The notes beneath the pieces are model-generated. The model had not been told where the DNA came from and searched no databases. It was given only the letters and a program-made list of their open reading frames with translations. Below, piece by piece: positions 35,878-44,504 of a DNA stretch of 56,699 nt. A program made the translations under genes and the position numbers. Every line of letters begins with the position of its first letter. The first letter of the stretch is position 1. Source of the DNA: an uncultured Gammaproteobacteria bacterium (GTDB lineage Bacteria; Patescibacteriota; Patescibacteriia; Magasanikbacterales; GWA2-37-8); NCBI GenBank assembly GCA_964356495.1, contig CAYHHR010000002.1, positions 1 to 56,699 of the forward strand, given 5' to 3'.

Positions 35878-38451
35878 TTATGCTCTTTTTTTCGTTCTTT
35901 TCTTGCTCTTTTTTTGTTTTAGCAAGTCAATTGCTTCAGCGAGAGTCATTTGTTCCAAGTTTGTATCTTTGGGAACGGAAGCAAAAGTTCGGGTTCCATT
36001 TGAAATGTAAGGGCCGTATTGGCCTTCAAGGACTTGCACCGGTTTATTTGTATCCGGGTCTAGGCCAAACTCCCTCAGGACAGTAGATTTCCGGCGGCGG
36101 CTCTTTTTTTCCTGCGCGTATATTTCTTCCGCTTCAGCGAGCGTTATGGTTAAAATATCTTTTTCTTTCGGTATGGATCTGAAATCACCCGCCTTTTTTA
36201 GGTACGGTCCGAATTTGCCGACGCTGGCCAGAATTTTTTCACCATTACTTTCACCTATAATCAATGGAAAAGAAATTATTTTTCTGGCAAGTTCCGGTGT
36301 AATGGTGTCGATATTTATTGTTTGGCTGATTGGTAAGTGTTTTGGACCATACGACAGGGCGACTTTTTTGGCCTTCTTTATTCCTTTGCCCTTTGTAGCC
36401 CTGGCGGAGGAGGGCACGTCTTCACCCAGCTGTAAGTAAGGGCCATAACGTCCGTTGCGTCTGGTAATTTCAAGGCCGGTTTCCAAATCGGTGGTTATTA
36501 CCTCGGGGCCTTGCGGCCGGCTTAATAGCTCAAGCGCTTTTTCTAAATTTAATTCGGCTGGCGGTATATTGTCAGGAATAGAAGCGGTATTATTTTCACC
36601 GCCCTCGCCGCGTTGAATGTATGGTCCATATTTACCGCTTTTTATTACTAAAGGTTTATTTGTTTTTTCGTCTAGACCAACCTCAAGCGTCGGATAGCCT
36701 TCAGCTTCGGAAGCATGTGTTACTTTCGCGTGGAAACCTTCTTTGGCGTCTCCATAAAAATCCTTTATGTAAGGAATCCATTTTTCTTTGCCTTCGGCGA
36801 CATTGTCCAGGTCGTCCTCCATTTTGGAAGTGAAATGAACGTCAACCAATTTGGAGAAGTATTGTTTTAGATAATGGTCGGTAATCATCGCCGTATAGGT
36901 CGGGACCAGGGCTTGGCCTTGTTTGATGGCGTATTCGCGCTCGGTGATGGTGTCCAAAATTGTGGCATAGGTAGACGGACGACCGACCCCCTCGGTTTCA
37001 AGTTTTTTGATCAGACTGGCTTCCGTGTAGCGGGCCGGCGGCAAAGTAGTGTGGCCTTCTTTTTCGACGGTTAAAGCCTTAACTTCCTGGTTTTCCTTTA
37101 AAATCGGCAAATGGACTTCTTGGTTTTCCAAGGCCGCTTCCGGATCGTCGGAACCCTCCACGTAGGCGCGCATGAAACCGGCGAATTTAATTCGCTTTCC
37201 TTTGGATTCAAACACCGCTTTTTCAATATTGATTTTTACGGACTGAGTGACCAGCTCGGCATTTTTCATTTGGCAGGCGACAGTACGTTTCCAAATCATG
37301 TCGTATAATTTGGCTTCTTCCGGACTGACCGCCTTCGCGACATCGGACGGATGTTGGAAATGACTGCCCGCCGGGCGAATAGCTTCGTGAGCTTCTTGCG
37401 CTAATTTTGATTTGTTGGCGAATGTTTTTGGCGCGGCAGACAAATATTCATTGCCAAATTCCTGAGCGGCTTCGCGCGCGGCGGTGATCGCCTGATCGGA
37501 GAGATTTACCGAATCAGTACGCATGTAGGTGATATAACCATTCTCATACAATGATTGAGCGGTTCTCATTGTTTGACGCGCCGCCCAACCAAATTTGCGG
37601 CTGGCTTCCTGTTGGATGGTGGAAGTGATAAATGGGGGGTAGGGATGTGTTTGGTATGGTGTTTCCGTAATTTCGGATATGAGCCACGGCTTAGCGGCCA
37701 AAAGTTTTTTGGCCAAGGCGGTGGCAGCTTCCTCATTTAGTAAAGTAAAATCTTCCGGTTTTTTTATTTTGCCGGTATTTTCATCAAAGTCTTTTCCGGA
37801 TGGAATTATTTTTTCCTCGTATTTTATCAGATGAGCTTCGAAACTGTCATTTCCTGTTTCTAATTTTGCCGTCAAATCAAAATAGGTGCTTGATTTGAAT
37901 CGAGCGCGTTCTTTTTCTCTTTCGACGATCAAATTTACCGCGACTGATTGCACGCGTCCGGCTGACAATCCATAGCGGACTTTTTTCCAAAGGAGTGGTG
38001 ATAATTCATAACCGACCAGGCGATCGAGCACCCGTCTTGCTTGCTGAGCATCCACCAAATTCATGTTCAATTCTCGCGGATTTTTAATGGCGTCTTCAAT
38101 CGCGGTTTTGGTAATTTCATGAAAAACCAGACGTTTTACTTTTTTGGCATCAATTTTTAGCAGTTCAGCCAGATGCCAGGAAATAGCTTCTCCTTCGCGG
38201 TCTCCGTCAGACGCGAACAAAATATCATCAGCCGACTTCGCGAGTTTGCGCAACTGCGCTACCCGCTGTTTTTTACTGTCCGGGATTTCATAATTCGGTT
38301 CAAACGTACCACTTTCAATATCCACTCCCATCTGGCTTTTTGGCAAATCACGGACATGACCAAAAGAGGATTCGACAATATATCCCTTTCCTAAAAATTT
38401 CGAGATTGTTTTGGCTTTTGTAGGTGATTCCACGATGACCAGAGTTGACAT
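35878..38451 (-). CDS. topA: DNA topoisomerase I
   Basis: Toprim (LVIVESP.KAKTI) and the active-site region (GYITYMRTDS). The C-terminus carries four G[KRQ][YF]GPY[IL] repeats without zinc-ribbon cysteines. Confidence 0.95.
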   Translation of the reverse strand: MSTLVIVESPTKAKTISKFLGKGYIVESSFGHVRDLPKSQMGVDIESGTFEPNYEIPDSKKQRVAQLRKLAKSADDILFASDGDREGEAISWHLAELLKIDAKKVKRLVFHEITKTAIEDAIKNPRELNMNLVDAQQARRVLDRLVGYELSPLLWKKVRYGLSAGRVQSVAVNLIVEREKERARFKSSTYFDLTAKLETGNDSFEAHLIKYEEKIIPSGKDFDENTGKIKKPEDFTLLNEEAATALAKKLLAAKPWLISEITETPYQTHPYPPFITSTIQQEASRKFGWAARQTMRTAQSLYENGYITYMRTDSVNLSDQAITAAREAAQEFGNEYLSAAPKTFANKSKLAQEAHEAIRPAGSHFQHPSDVAKAVSPEEAKLYDMIWKRTVACQMKNAELVTQSVKINIEKAVFESKGKRIKFAGFMRAYVEGSDDPEAALENQEVHLPILKENQEVKALTVEKEGHTTLPPARYTEASLIKKLETEGVGRPSTYATILDTITEREYAIKQGQALVPTYTAMITDHYLKQYFSKLVDVHFTSKMEDDLDNVAEGKEKWIPYIKDFYGDAKEGFHAKVTHASEAEGYPTLEVGLDEKTNKPLVIKSGKYGPYIQRGEGGENNTASIPDNIPPAELNLEKALELLSRPQGPEVITTDLETGLEITRRNGRYGPYLQLGEDVPSSARATKGKGIKKAKKVALSYGPKHLPISQTINIDTITPELARKIISFPLIIGESNGEKILASVGKFGPYLKKAGDFRSIPKEKDILTITLAEAEEIYAQEKKSRRRKSTVLREFGLDPDTNKPVQVLEGQYGPYISNGTRTFASVPKDTNLEQMTLAEAIDLLKQKKSKKRTKKRA

Positions 38452-38479
38452 ATGACAAAAAATTATAGGCTACTCATTA

Positions 38480-38537
38480 TAATCGTAATGAGTGAGTGAA
38501 ATGAAAATTTATTTTCATTTCCGAGCGAATTAGATTA
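38480..38537 (-). repeat. Family I hairpin element, copy I2 (upstream of topA)
   Basis: Reverse complement of I1 with the central hairpin ggaaatgaaaat..attttcatttc. It lies 28 nt upstream of the topA ATG, in the same orientation relative to the gene as I1 has to rpmC. Confidence 0.8.
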
Positions 38538-38595
38538 TATCGAAGATATATATATACCTATTCAAATTACACGCATTTTCACTCAGTGTCAATTT

Positions 38596-39675
38596 TTAGG
38601 CCCATTGATAGGTCATTCCGCCGAGGTTTTGAATTTTTGCTTTAAGTTCGAGAAGCGTTAAGGCGCCGGTTAGACTGCTGGCTGGAATTTTAGTTATTTT
38701 GATGATTTCATCGATATGCTTCGGCCCCGCGCTGATAGCGGCAAAAATTTTTTCTTCAATGTCATTTTCCGGCGCCGGTCTCGAAAAGGTTTGTGTTTTA
38801 AGGCTGTCGAGGTGGAGAAGTCCGAGAATGTCCGCGGCTGAGGTGACAAGCGCCGCGCCTTTTCTCAAAAATTCGTTGCCGCCGGCTCCTAGTAAAGAAT
38901 TAATCGGATGCGGGACTACCAAAACTTCGCGGTTGTAATCAAGGCAACGCGCGGCAGTAATGAGAGCGCCCGACTCAAGCGGAGCCTCGGTGATCAAGGT
39001 CGCCATCGAAAGTCCGGCGATAATCCGGTTGCGAGCCGGAAATGAGTAGGGAGTAGGTTTGAATCCGGGTGGGTATTCGGAAATTATGCCGCCACCCTTC
39101 GCGACGATTTCGTCCGCTAACCCCAGATGAGAAAGCGGCGAGACAGTGGATCGATCAACGCCCGAACCGAGTACGGCAAAAGTTTTACCGCCGGCTTCGA
39201 GGGCGGCAGCGTGGGCGATGCCGTCGATTCCTAGAGCTAGTCCGCTGACGATCGCGACGCCCGCCGCGGCTAATTCTTTCACCAAGTCTTCGGTTACTTT
39301 TCTGCCGTAGGCGGTGCAGCGACGGGTGCCGACGACACTAAGAATCGGGAGACTGTTATCCGGCAACTTACCTCGATAAAAAATTATCGCCGGTGGATCG
39401 GAAATTTCTTTTAGTAGTTTCGGGTAGTCGGAGTCATTGATGGAACTTGTCTGTACGCCGGCCTCCGCCAGCTCGCGTGTGATTTTTTCAACCGGCGCGG
39501 TTTCTCGCCAGCTCATAAATTCTTCAGCGATGGCCGGGTCGAGTCCGGCGGCGACTAGTTCTTCTAATTCCGCCAGCCAGATTGCCGCCGGATTTGGGAA
39601 GGCCTTCAATAGGCGTTTGCCTCGACCGACGGAATATTTTGGAAAGTAACAGAGCGCGGCGTGAAAGTTTAGCAT
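38596..39675 (-). CDS. dprA: DNA processing protein DprA/Smf
   Basis: ..AIVSGLALGIDGIAH.AAL..GG.T.AVLG.G.D..YP. The ATG at 39675 avoids the overlap with pth that the longer ORF-track start creates. Confidence 0.88.
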   Translation of the reverse strand: MLNFHAALCYFPKYSVGRGKRLLKAFPNPAAIWLAELEELVAAGLDPAIAEEFMSWRETAPVEKITRELAEAGVQTSSINDSDYPKLLKEISDPPAIIFYRGKLPDNSLPILSVVGTRRCTAYGRKVTEDLVKELAAAGVAIVSGLALGIDGIAHAAALEAGGKTFAVLGSGVDRSTVSPLSHLGLADEIVAKGGGIISEYPPGFKPTPYSFPARNRIIAGLSMATLITEAPLESGALITAARCLDYNREVLVVPHPINSLLGAGGNEFLRKGAALVTSAADILGLLHLDSLKTQTFSRPAPENDIEEKIFAAISAGPKHIDEIIKITKIPASSLTGALTLLELKAKIQNLGGMTYQWA

Positions 39676-39676
39676 A

Positions 39677-40216
39677 CTAGGAGGCGAGCCAAGTTTTGAC
39701 GTCGCTGACGACATGGTTGAAGATCGTTTTGAGTTCGTTCGTCTCTTCCTTGGTAAATTTTCCGAGAACAAAATCAGCCGTATCAATAATTTTTTGATCG
39801 CGCGGACTGACGCCGATGCGAATCCTCATGAAGTTCTCGGTGCCAAGTTTTTCGATGATGGAGCGGACGCCATTGTGACCGGCCGGACCGCGGCTGCTTT
39901 GCATACGGGTTTCTCCGAGCGGAATATCTTTATCGTCGTGGATAACAAGCAGATCCGCCAGGGTAAGTTTGTAGAAACTCATGGCGGCTTGCACGGCCGT
40001 ACCGGAGTCGTTCATGAAGGTCTGCGGCATCATCATTAGAATATTTTGACGACCAAGTTTTGCCCGCATCATTCTGGCGTTAATTTTTTTATCCAACAAA
40101 AATTCATTTTTGAGTTCTAAGGCTTCGACGAGTTGTAAAAGCGCGGAAAAACCAACATTATGTCTAGTCAAAATGTATTCATCACCCGGATTTCCAAGTC
40201 CGACGATAAGTTTCAT
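39677..40216 (-). CDS. pth: Peptidyl-tRNA hydrolase
   Basis: MKLIVGLGNPG.EY..TRHN.GF and ..GHNG..S. Confidence 0.93.
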   Translation of the reverse strand: MKLIVGLGNPGDEYILTRHNVGFSALLQLVEALELKNEFLLDKKINARMMRAKLGRQNILMMMPQTFMNDSGTAVQAAMSFYKLTLADLLVIHDDKDIPLGETRMQSSRGPAGHNGVRSIIEKLGTENFMRIRIGVSPRDQKIIDTADFVLGKFTKEETNELKTIFNHVVSDVKTWLAS

Positions 40217-40223
40217 AGGAAAA

Positions 40224-41606
40224 TTATTGTGGAGTATAGGTATGATGTTTTAGTTTGCTGAGTTTCATGACGATCGGCGCGGCGAAAAATCCGAACTCTT
40301 CGCGCAGACGATTGCTGACGTAATGAACGTAGGAAATATGCACGGAGGTGTTTGATTTGACGATCAGTTCAAACATCGGCGGATTGTAACCGAGCTGGTT
40401 AATAGCGAGAATCTTTGGATGTCGGACGCCACGGTCTTTGGTCGGGAGGCGGCGGCGGGTAACGCGCTGGAGGAAATCTTTCAGAACCTCTTCAGTCAGA
40501 ACTATCTGGCGGCCTTCCCAAGCTTGTTTGATGAGCGGGAAAATTTGGTGGACGCGGTAGCCGGTCTTGGCGCTGACGAAGACGATCGGCGCGAAATCAA
40601 GATGGGGGAACGAGCCGTAGAGGTCTTTCTTTTTTTCATTTCGGAATTCATCGGAATTGTCATCGGCTTTGTCCCATTTATTGACGACGATTATCACGCT
40701 GCGTGTGTGTTCGCGGAGGAGGCCGGCGAGCTGTTGGTCCTGATCGGCGATCGGTTCGGTGGAATCAAGCACCAAGAGGACGATGTCGCATTTGTTTATG
40801 GTGGCAATGCTTTTTTGAATACCGATTCGTTCGAGTTCGCCGCTGACTTTGGCTTTGCGGCGGATACCGGCGGTATCGACAAATTGAATCAGACCCTGTT
40901 CGGTTTCGACCAGCGTGTCGTGCGGTTCTCTGGTCGTGTGGGCGAGTGGATTGACGATTACGCGCTCTTCACCGATTAATTTATTGAACAGGGAAGATTT
41001 TCCGACATTTGGACGGCCCATGATCGCAACCTTGAGTGGTTTTACTTCTTCATAGTTTTTCGGCTGGCGTGTTTGTTTGCCGAGTTGTTTGTAAATTGCG
41101 TCGAGCAGATCGCCGAGGTTGGCGCCGCTGGTAGCTGAGATCGGCAGTGGCACTCCAAGTCCGAGTCTTCGCCATTCGCCTTCATGGATGCGTGAATGCA
41201 GATTGATGCTGTCGGCTTTGTTCGCGACGAGCAGAATTGGTTTGTCTTTAGCTTTGGTGCGAAGGCGCTTCGCTAGTTCGATTTCTTGTGGCAGAAGTCC
41301 GCTCTGAATGTCAGTGACGAAGACAATCACGTCGGCTTCCTTGATCGCGATCTCGGTTTGCTTGATAATGTCTTCCTCAAGCGGGACATCTTCGGAAAAA
41401 GTAAGTCCGCCGGTGTCGACGAGCCGGAATTGTTTGCCGCGCCAAGAAGCCGCGGCGATGTTGCGCGTGCGGGTGGTGCCGGCGATTGGGGAGACAATTG
41501 CCAGATTTTGTTCAATGAGTTTATTGAACAGTGAAGATTTGCCGACATTCACTCTTCCGATTAGAGCGACTACCGGCAGATCGTGGTCGATGATTTTTGT
41601 GGTCAT
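40224..41606 (-). CDS. der: Ribosome-associated GTPase Der/EngA
   Basis: Two tandem G domains (GRVNVGKSSLFN, GRPNVGKSSLFN) followed by a C-terminal KH-like domain. Confidence 0.93.
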   Translation of the reverse strand: MTTKIIDHDLPVVALIGRVNVGKSSLFNKLIEQNLAIVSPIAGTTRTRNIAAASWRGKQFRLVDTGGLTFSEDVPLEEDIIKQTEIAIKEADVIVFVTDIQSGLLPQEIELAKRLRTKAKDKPILLVANKADSINLHSRIHEGEWRRLGLGVPLPISATSGANLGDLLDAIYKQLGKQTRQPKNYEEVKPLKVAIMGRPNVGKSSLFNKLIGEERVIVNPLAHTTREPHDTLVETEQGLIQFVDTAGIRRKAKVSGELERIGIQKSIATINKCDIVLLVLDSTEPIADQDQQLAGLLREHTRSVIIVVNKWDKADDNSDEFRNEKKKDLYGSFPHLDFAPIVFVSAKTGYRVHQIFPLIKQAWEGRQIVLTEEVLKDFLQRVTRRRLPTKDRGVRHPKILAINQLGYNPPMFELIVKSNTSVHISYVHYVSNRLREEFGFFAAPIVMKLSKLKHHTYTPQ

Positions 41607-41610
41607 AAAA

Positions 41611-43095
41611 TTATTCCTTAGTATCAGTGCCGAGAATTATTAGAATATCGGCGTCTTTATTGTATTTCATTCCGGTTTCGTCTTCCGGTGTCGAGGTATT
41701 GTCGTAGGTTTCAGATAGCCAGCTTGGTAAGGTTCTGGTGCTGGCGGCTTCGAGCAAACGCGAGAGTTCAGCAGTGGAAGAAGCGTTGACTTTATCGGAA
41801 AGCAGATATATCACTGAATGCTGAACTGGTCGGGCCAGGCTGTTGCTCACCATGATTACATTATAGCCTTTGTCTGCTAATTTTTTCTCGGTGCGCGCGG
41901 CGAGGCCGGGGATCCAGGTGCCATTTTCAATTTCAATTTTTATCTTATTGAGATTTGAAACGGACAAAGAAATACCGGAGTCGGTTTTGTTCAGACCAGG
42001 CGTTTGTTTGGAGGATACAAGTCCGAAGACATTTTGGATCGCCGTGTTTATTGTATCAAAATTACCAGTTTTGGGCGAAAGCATGAAGGCGCCGTTCTCA
42101 CCGGTGGTGTTTATAAGGTAGCCGTCAGTACTGCTGTCGAGAACTAATTTTTTACCGGCAAAAGCGTTTTTAGCGGTGGAAGCCAGGAAAGTCAGCTCAG
42201 CGATATTCAGGTTGGTGCTGGTGTGCTTTACTGCGGAATCGTACATCTTTTTTAGTTGTGCTGGGTTGGCATAAGTTCCAAGTGAAAGCATTTTTTCTTT
42301 TACCGCTTCGAGAATAAGTTGTTGGCGTCTGGAACGAGCGAAATCCGAACCTTCGCCGTCATTGCCATGCCGGGAGCGCGCGAAAATCAAGGCGTGTTCG
42401 CCGTCTAAAGTCTGAGGGCCGGTGTCAAAGTGAATAGTGGTATATGAAAAATTTGGACCGGGGTAATTGTTGTCGGTAAAGGCATTCGGAACATTAACAT
42501 CTATCCCGCCGATCTCATCAATCAGTTCCTCAAAAGCGGTAAAATCGACGCGGAGGTAGTAGGGGATTTTAAGATTGAAAGTTTTTTCAAAAATTTGCCT
42601 CGCGTACTCTCCGCCATTTCCAGGCTGTTCGGCTTCTCCGTAAGCGTCGGCGCTGTTAATTTTGCGCCAGCCGTGACCATTAATCTGCGCGCCAAGATCT
42701 CGCGGGACCGATATCAACGCTACTTCGTTGGTGCTCGGTTTGATGCTCGCAATAATGTTTGTGTCGCTGAGGTAAGGACCGTCGTGTCCGGGTCCGCCGA
42801 TGCCGAGTAGAAGGATGTTGATTCGGTCTTCGTCCTGCCCGATCAGCACATTCTTCGGCTGAAAGATAAAGTTTTTGACGGTTTCGAAAAAACTTAATTT
42901 ACGGGGCGCCAGGATGTTTGTGTATTGGTTCCCCTCTGTCCTGACAATGGTGCGTACTAGGAAAACCCCGACAATTATTGAGATTAAAATGAAAATCCAA
43001 AAAAAGACCGGTCGTTTTGTTTTCGCCGGCACCCCGGTTATTAGCGAATCTTTCGGATTCAATGAATTTAGAAGATTAATCGGTTCATGTTCCAT
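41611..43095 (-). CDS. LytR-CpsA-Psr (LCP) family cell-envelope protein with a LytR_C-like C-terminal domain
   Basis: N-terminal TM segment, then INILLLGIGG.......LSDT.I.ASI......V.LISVPRDL. Confidence 0.85.
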   Translation of the reverse strand: MEHEPINLLNSLNPKDSLITGVPAKTKRPVFFWIFILISIIVGVFLVRTIVRTEGNQYTNILAPRKLSFFETVKNFIFQPKNVLIGQDEDRINILLLGIGGPGHDGPYLSDTNIIASIKPSTNEVALISVPRDLGAQINGHGWRKINSADAYGEAEQPGNGGEYARQIFEKTFNLKIPYYLRVDFTAFEELIDEIGGIDVNVPNAFTDNNYPGPNFSYTTIHFDTGPQTLDGEHALIFARSRHGNDGEGSDFARSRRQQLILEAVKEKMLSLGTYANPAQLKKMYDSAVKHTSTNLNIAELTFLASTAKNAFAGKKLVLDSSTDGYLINTTGENGAFMLSPKTGNFDTINTAIQNVFGLVSSKQTPGLNKTDSGISLSVSNLNKIKIEIENGTWIPGLAARTEKKLADKGYNVIMVSNSLARPVQHSVIYLLSDKVNASSTAELSRLLEAASTRTLPSWLSETYDNTSTPEDETGMKYNKDADILIILGTDTKE

Positions 43096-43152
43096 ACAGT
43101 TTTTATCGTCGATATTGGTGCATTATAGCATAATACCGATATTTTTTCAATC

Positions 43153-43181
43153 TTGATATAAGACTGGCTTTATGTTATAGT
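43153..43181 (+). promoter_or_regulatory. Putative promoter for tRNA-Val
   Basis: TTGATA, 17-nt spacer, TATAGT, ending about 39 nt upstream of the tRNA. Confidence 0.45.
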
Positions 43182-43219
43182 AAAAACATAATTAACCAGT
43201 GTCGGTGCTGAACAAAAAC

Positions 43220-43293
43220 GGATGATTAGCTCAGCTGGTTAGAGCGTTGCATTCACATTGCAAAGGCCACTGGTTCAAATCCAGTATCATCCA
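43220..43293 (+). tRNA. tRNA-Val (anticodon CAC)
   Basis: GGATGAT acceptor stem, GCTC/GAGC D-stem, anticodon arm TTGCA-TTCACAT-TGCAA, and GGTTCAAATCC T-arm. Confidence 0.85.
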
Positions 43294-43294
43294 C

Positions 43295-43340
43295 GACGCT
43301 TAGCGTCGTTTAAGGGACGCTCAGCGTCCCACCACGCTAG
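43295..43340 (+). repeat. Two tandem short hairpins after tRNA-Val
   Basis: cgacgc-tta-gcgtcg and gggacgc-tca-gcgtccc share the core gacgctNagcgtc. Confidence 0.5.
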
Positions 43341-43348
43341 CAAGAAAT

Positions 43349-43855
43349 ATGCCAAAAGATTTAACCAAAGAACAGGTGAATACCGGACGCGTGGTATTTG
43401 AATGGCTCATCAATGAATATGAGCAGTATGATCGTAGCCGCCGCTGGTATTTTTTGATGATTTTTTTTGGGTTGTTGCTGGTCGCGTACGCTTTGCTCAC
43501 GGCGAATTATTTATTTGCTCTCGTAGTTATTTTATTCGGCATCGTGCTATATGTTCACGAGATTCAGCCGCCCATTGAGGTATATTTTGGCATCACCGAA
43601 ACCGGGATTATCATCGGTCGTAAGTTTTATCGTTACAGCGAGCTTGAAGGATTTTGGCTGATCTACAATCCGCCCGAAGTTAAAAATTTATATTTCCGCC
43701 TAAAAAATGTCGTTCGTTTTCGCGTAAAGATTCCTCTCCTTGATTATGATCCGCGGCCGGTTCGGGAATATATCAAACAATTTTTGACTGAAGAAACAGA
43801 GCACGAAGAGGAACCGTTGTCGGATCGTCTAGCCAGGGTTTTGAAAATTCATTGA
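43349..43855 (+). CDS. Hypothetical membrane protein (two TM segments plus a soluble C-terminal domain)
   Basis: 168-aa ORF with two adjacent hydrophobic helices, followed by a strong terminator. Confidence 0.55.
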   Translation: MPKDLTKEQVNTGRVVFEWLINEYEQYDRSRRWYFLMIFFGLLLVAYALLTANYLFALVVILFGIVLYVHEIQPPIEVYFGITETGIIIGRKFYRYSELEGFWLIYNPPEVKNLYFRLKNVVRFRVKIPLLDYDPRPVREYIKQFLTEETEHEEEPLSDRLARVLKIH

Positions 43856-43868
43856 AAATTTTGGAATA

Positions 43869-43896
43869 AAAAACACTCCGCATTGCGGAGTGTTTT
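43869..43896. terminator. Bidirectional hairpin terminator
   Basis: aaaacactccgc-att-gcggagtgtttt is a perfect 12-bp stem with an A-run on one side and a T-run on the other. It lies between a convergent CDS and tRNA-Arg. Confidence 0.7.
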
Positions 43897-43899
43897 AGT

Positions 43900-43974
43900 T
43901 GGTGCACCCATTAGGAGTCGAACCTAAATTTTCGGCTTCGCAGGCCAATGTCCTATCCATTGAACGATGGGTGC
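43900..43974 (-). tRNA. tRNA-Arg (anticodon GCG as read by eye), CCA encoded
   Basis: Minus strand: GCACCCA acceptor stem, anticodon arm TTGGC-CTGCGAA-GCCGA, T-arm TTAGG-TTCGACT-CCTAA, then ACCA. The isotype is inferred from the anticodon only. Confidence 0.65.
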
Positions 43975-44108
43975 ATTTTTGCAATTTTTACATCAAAATA
44001 CTGGCTGTGAGTATAACATATAGGGCATCTTATTTCAAGGGTTTGGCTTGACAGGCCATATAATTGCTTGTAGTGTTGGCTTAGTCAATCCCTGCGGAGG
44101 AAAACAAA

Positions 44109-44273
44109 GTGAAGATCAACATTTACCATCGCATCATTGAGTTCATTTGTTATTCCGGCATATTTATGGTGTTTTTTTCCATGAGCATGTGGAATGCGAT
44201 ATTTTCCGCCGCGTGCATCATCTTCGTTGTTGAGGTGCTCGTTCGTCTCCTGGACTGGCTCGGCAATAAGTAA
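44109..44273 (+). CDS. Small hydrophobic ORF (54 aa, GTG start), absent from the ORF track
   Basis: ggagg lies 6 nt upstream of the GTG. It encodes VKINIYHRIIEFICYSGIFMVFFSMSMWNAIFSAACIIFVVEVLVRLLDWLGNK, which contains two hydrophobic stretches. Confidence 0.35.
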   Translation: MKINIYHRIIEFICYSGIFMVFFSMSMWNAIFSAACIIFVVEVLVRLLDWLGNK

Positions 44274-44300
44274 TTGAGACGTTCCTGCCTCACCCCAGAC

Positions 44301-44345
44301 GCCCCGCGCGGATTAATTTCCCCGGGGCTTTCACTTTTTATTTTC
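44301..44345 (+). terminator. Possible terminator after the small ORF
   Basis: gccccg-N16-cggggc stem followed by a T-rich tract. The large loop weakens the call. Confidence 0.3.
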
Positions 44346-44358
44346 TTTTTTTGTATCG

Positions 44359-44463
44359 CTCCCTCCCTCTATTAGGGGAGGGGCAGGAGAGGGGTATCGT
44401 TGGGGATTTTCGTTCGTGGGGATACCCCCATCCTCGCCTTCCCCCTAATAGGGGGAAGGGAAA
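44359..44463 (+). repeat. Family E composite element, copy E2 (about 105 bp)
   Basis: ctccctccctctattaggggaggg + gcaggagagggg..gttcgtgggg..atacccccatc..ccttccccctaatagggggaaggg aligns with E1. Confidence 0.8.
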
Positions 44464-44504
44464 CCGATAAGTGAAAATGACATTCGGCCTGTGCGTGTTA
44501 TAAT

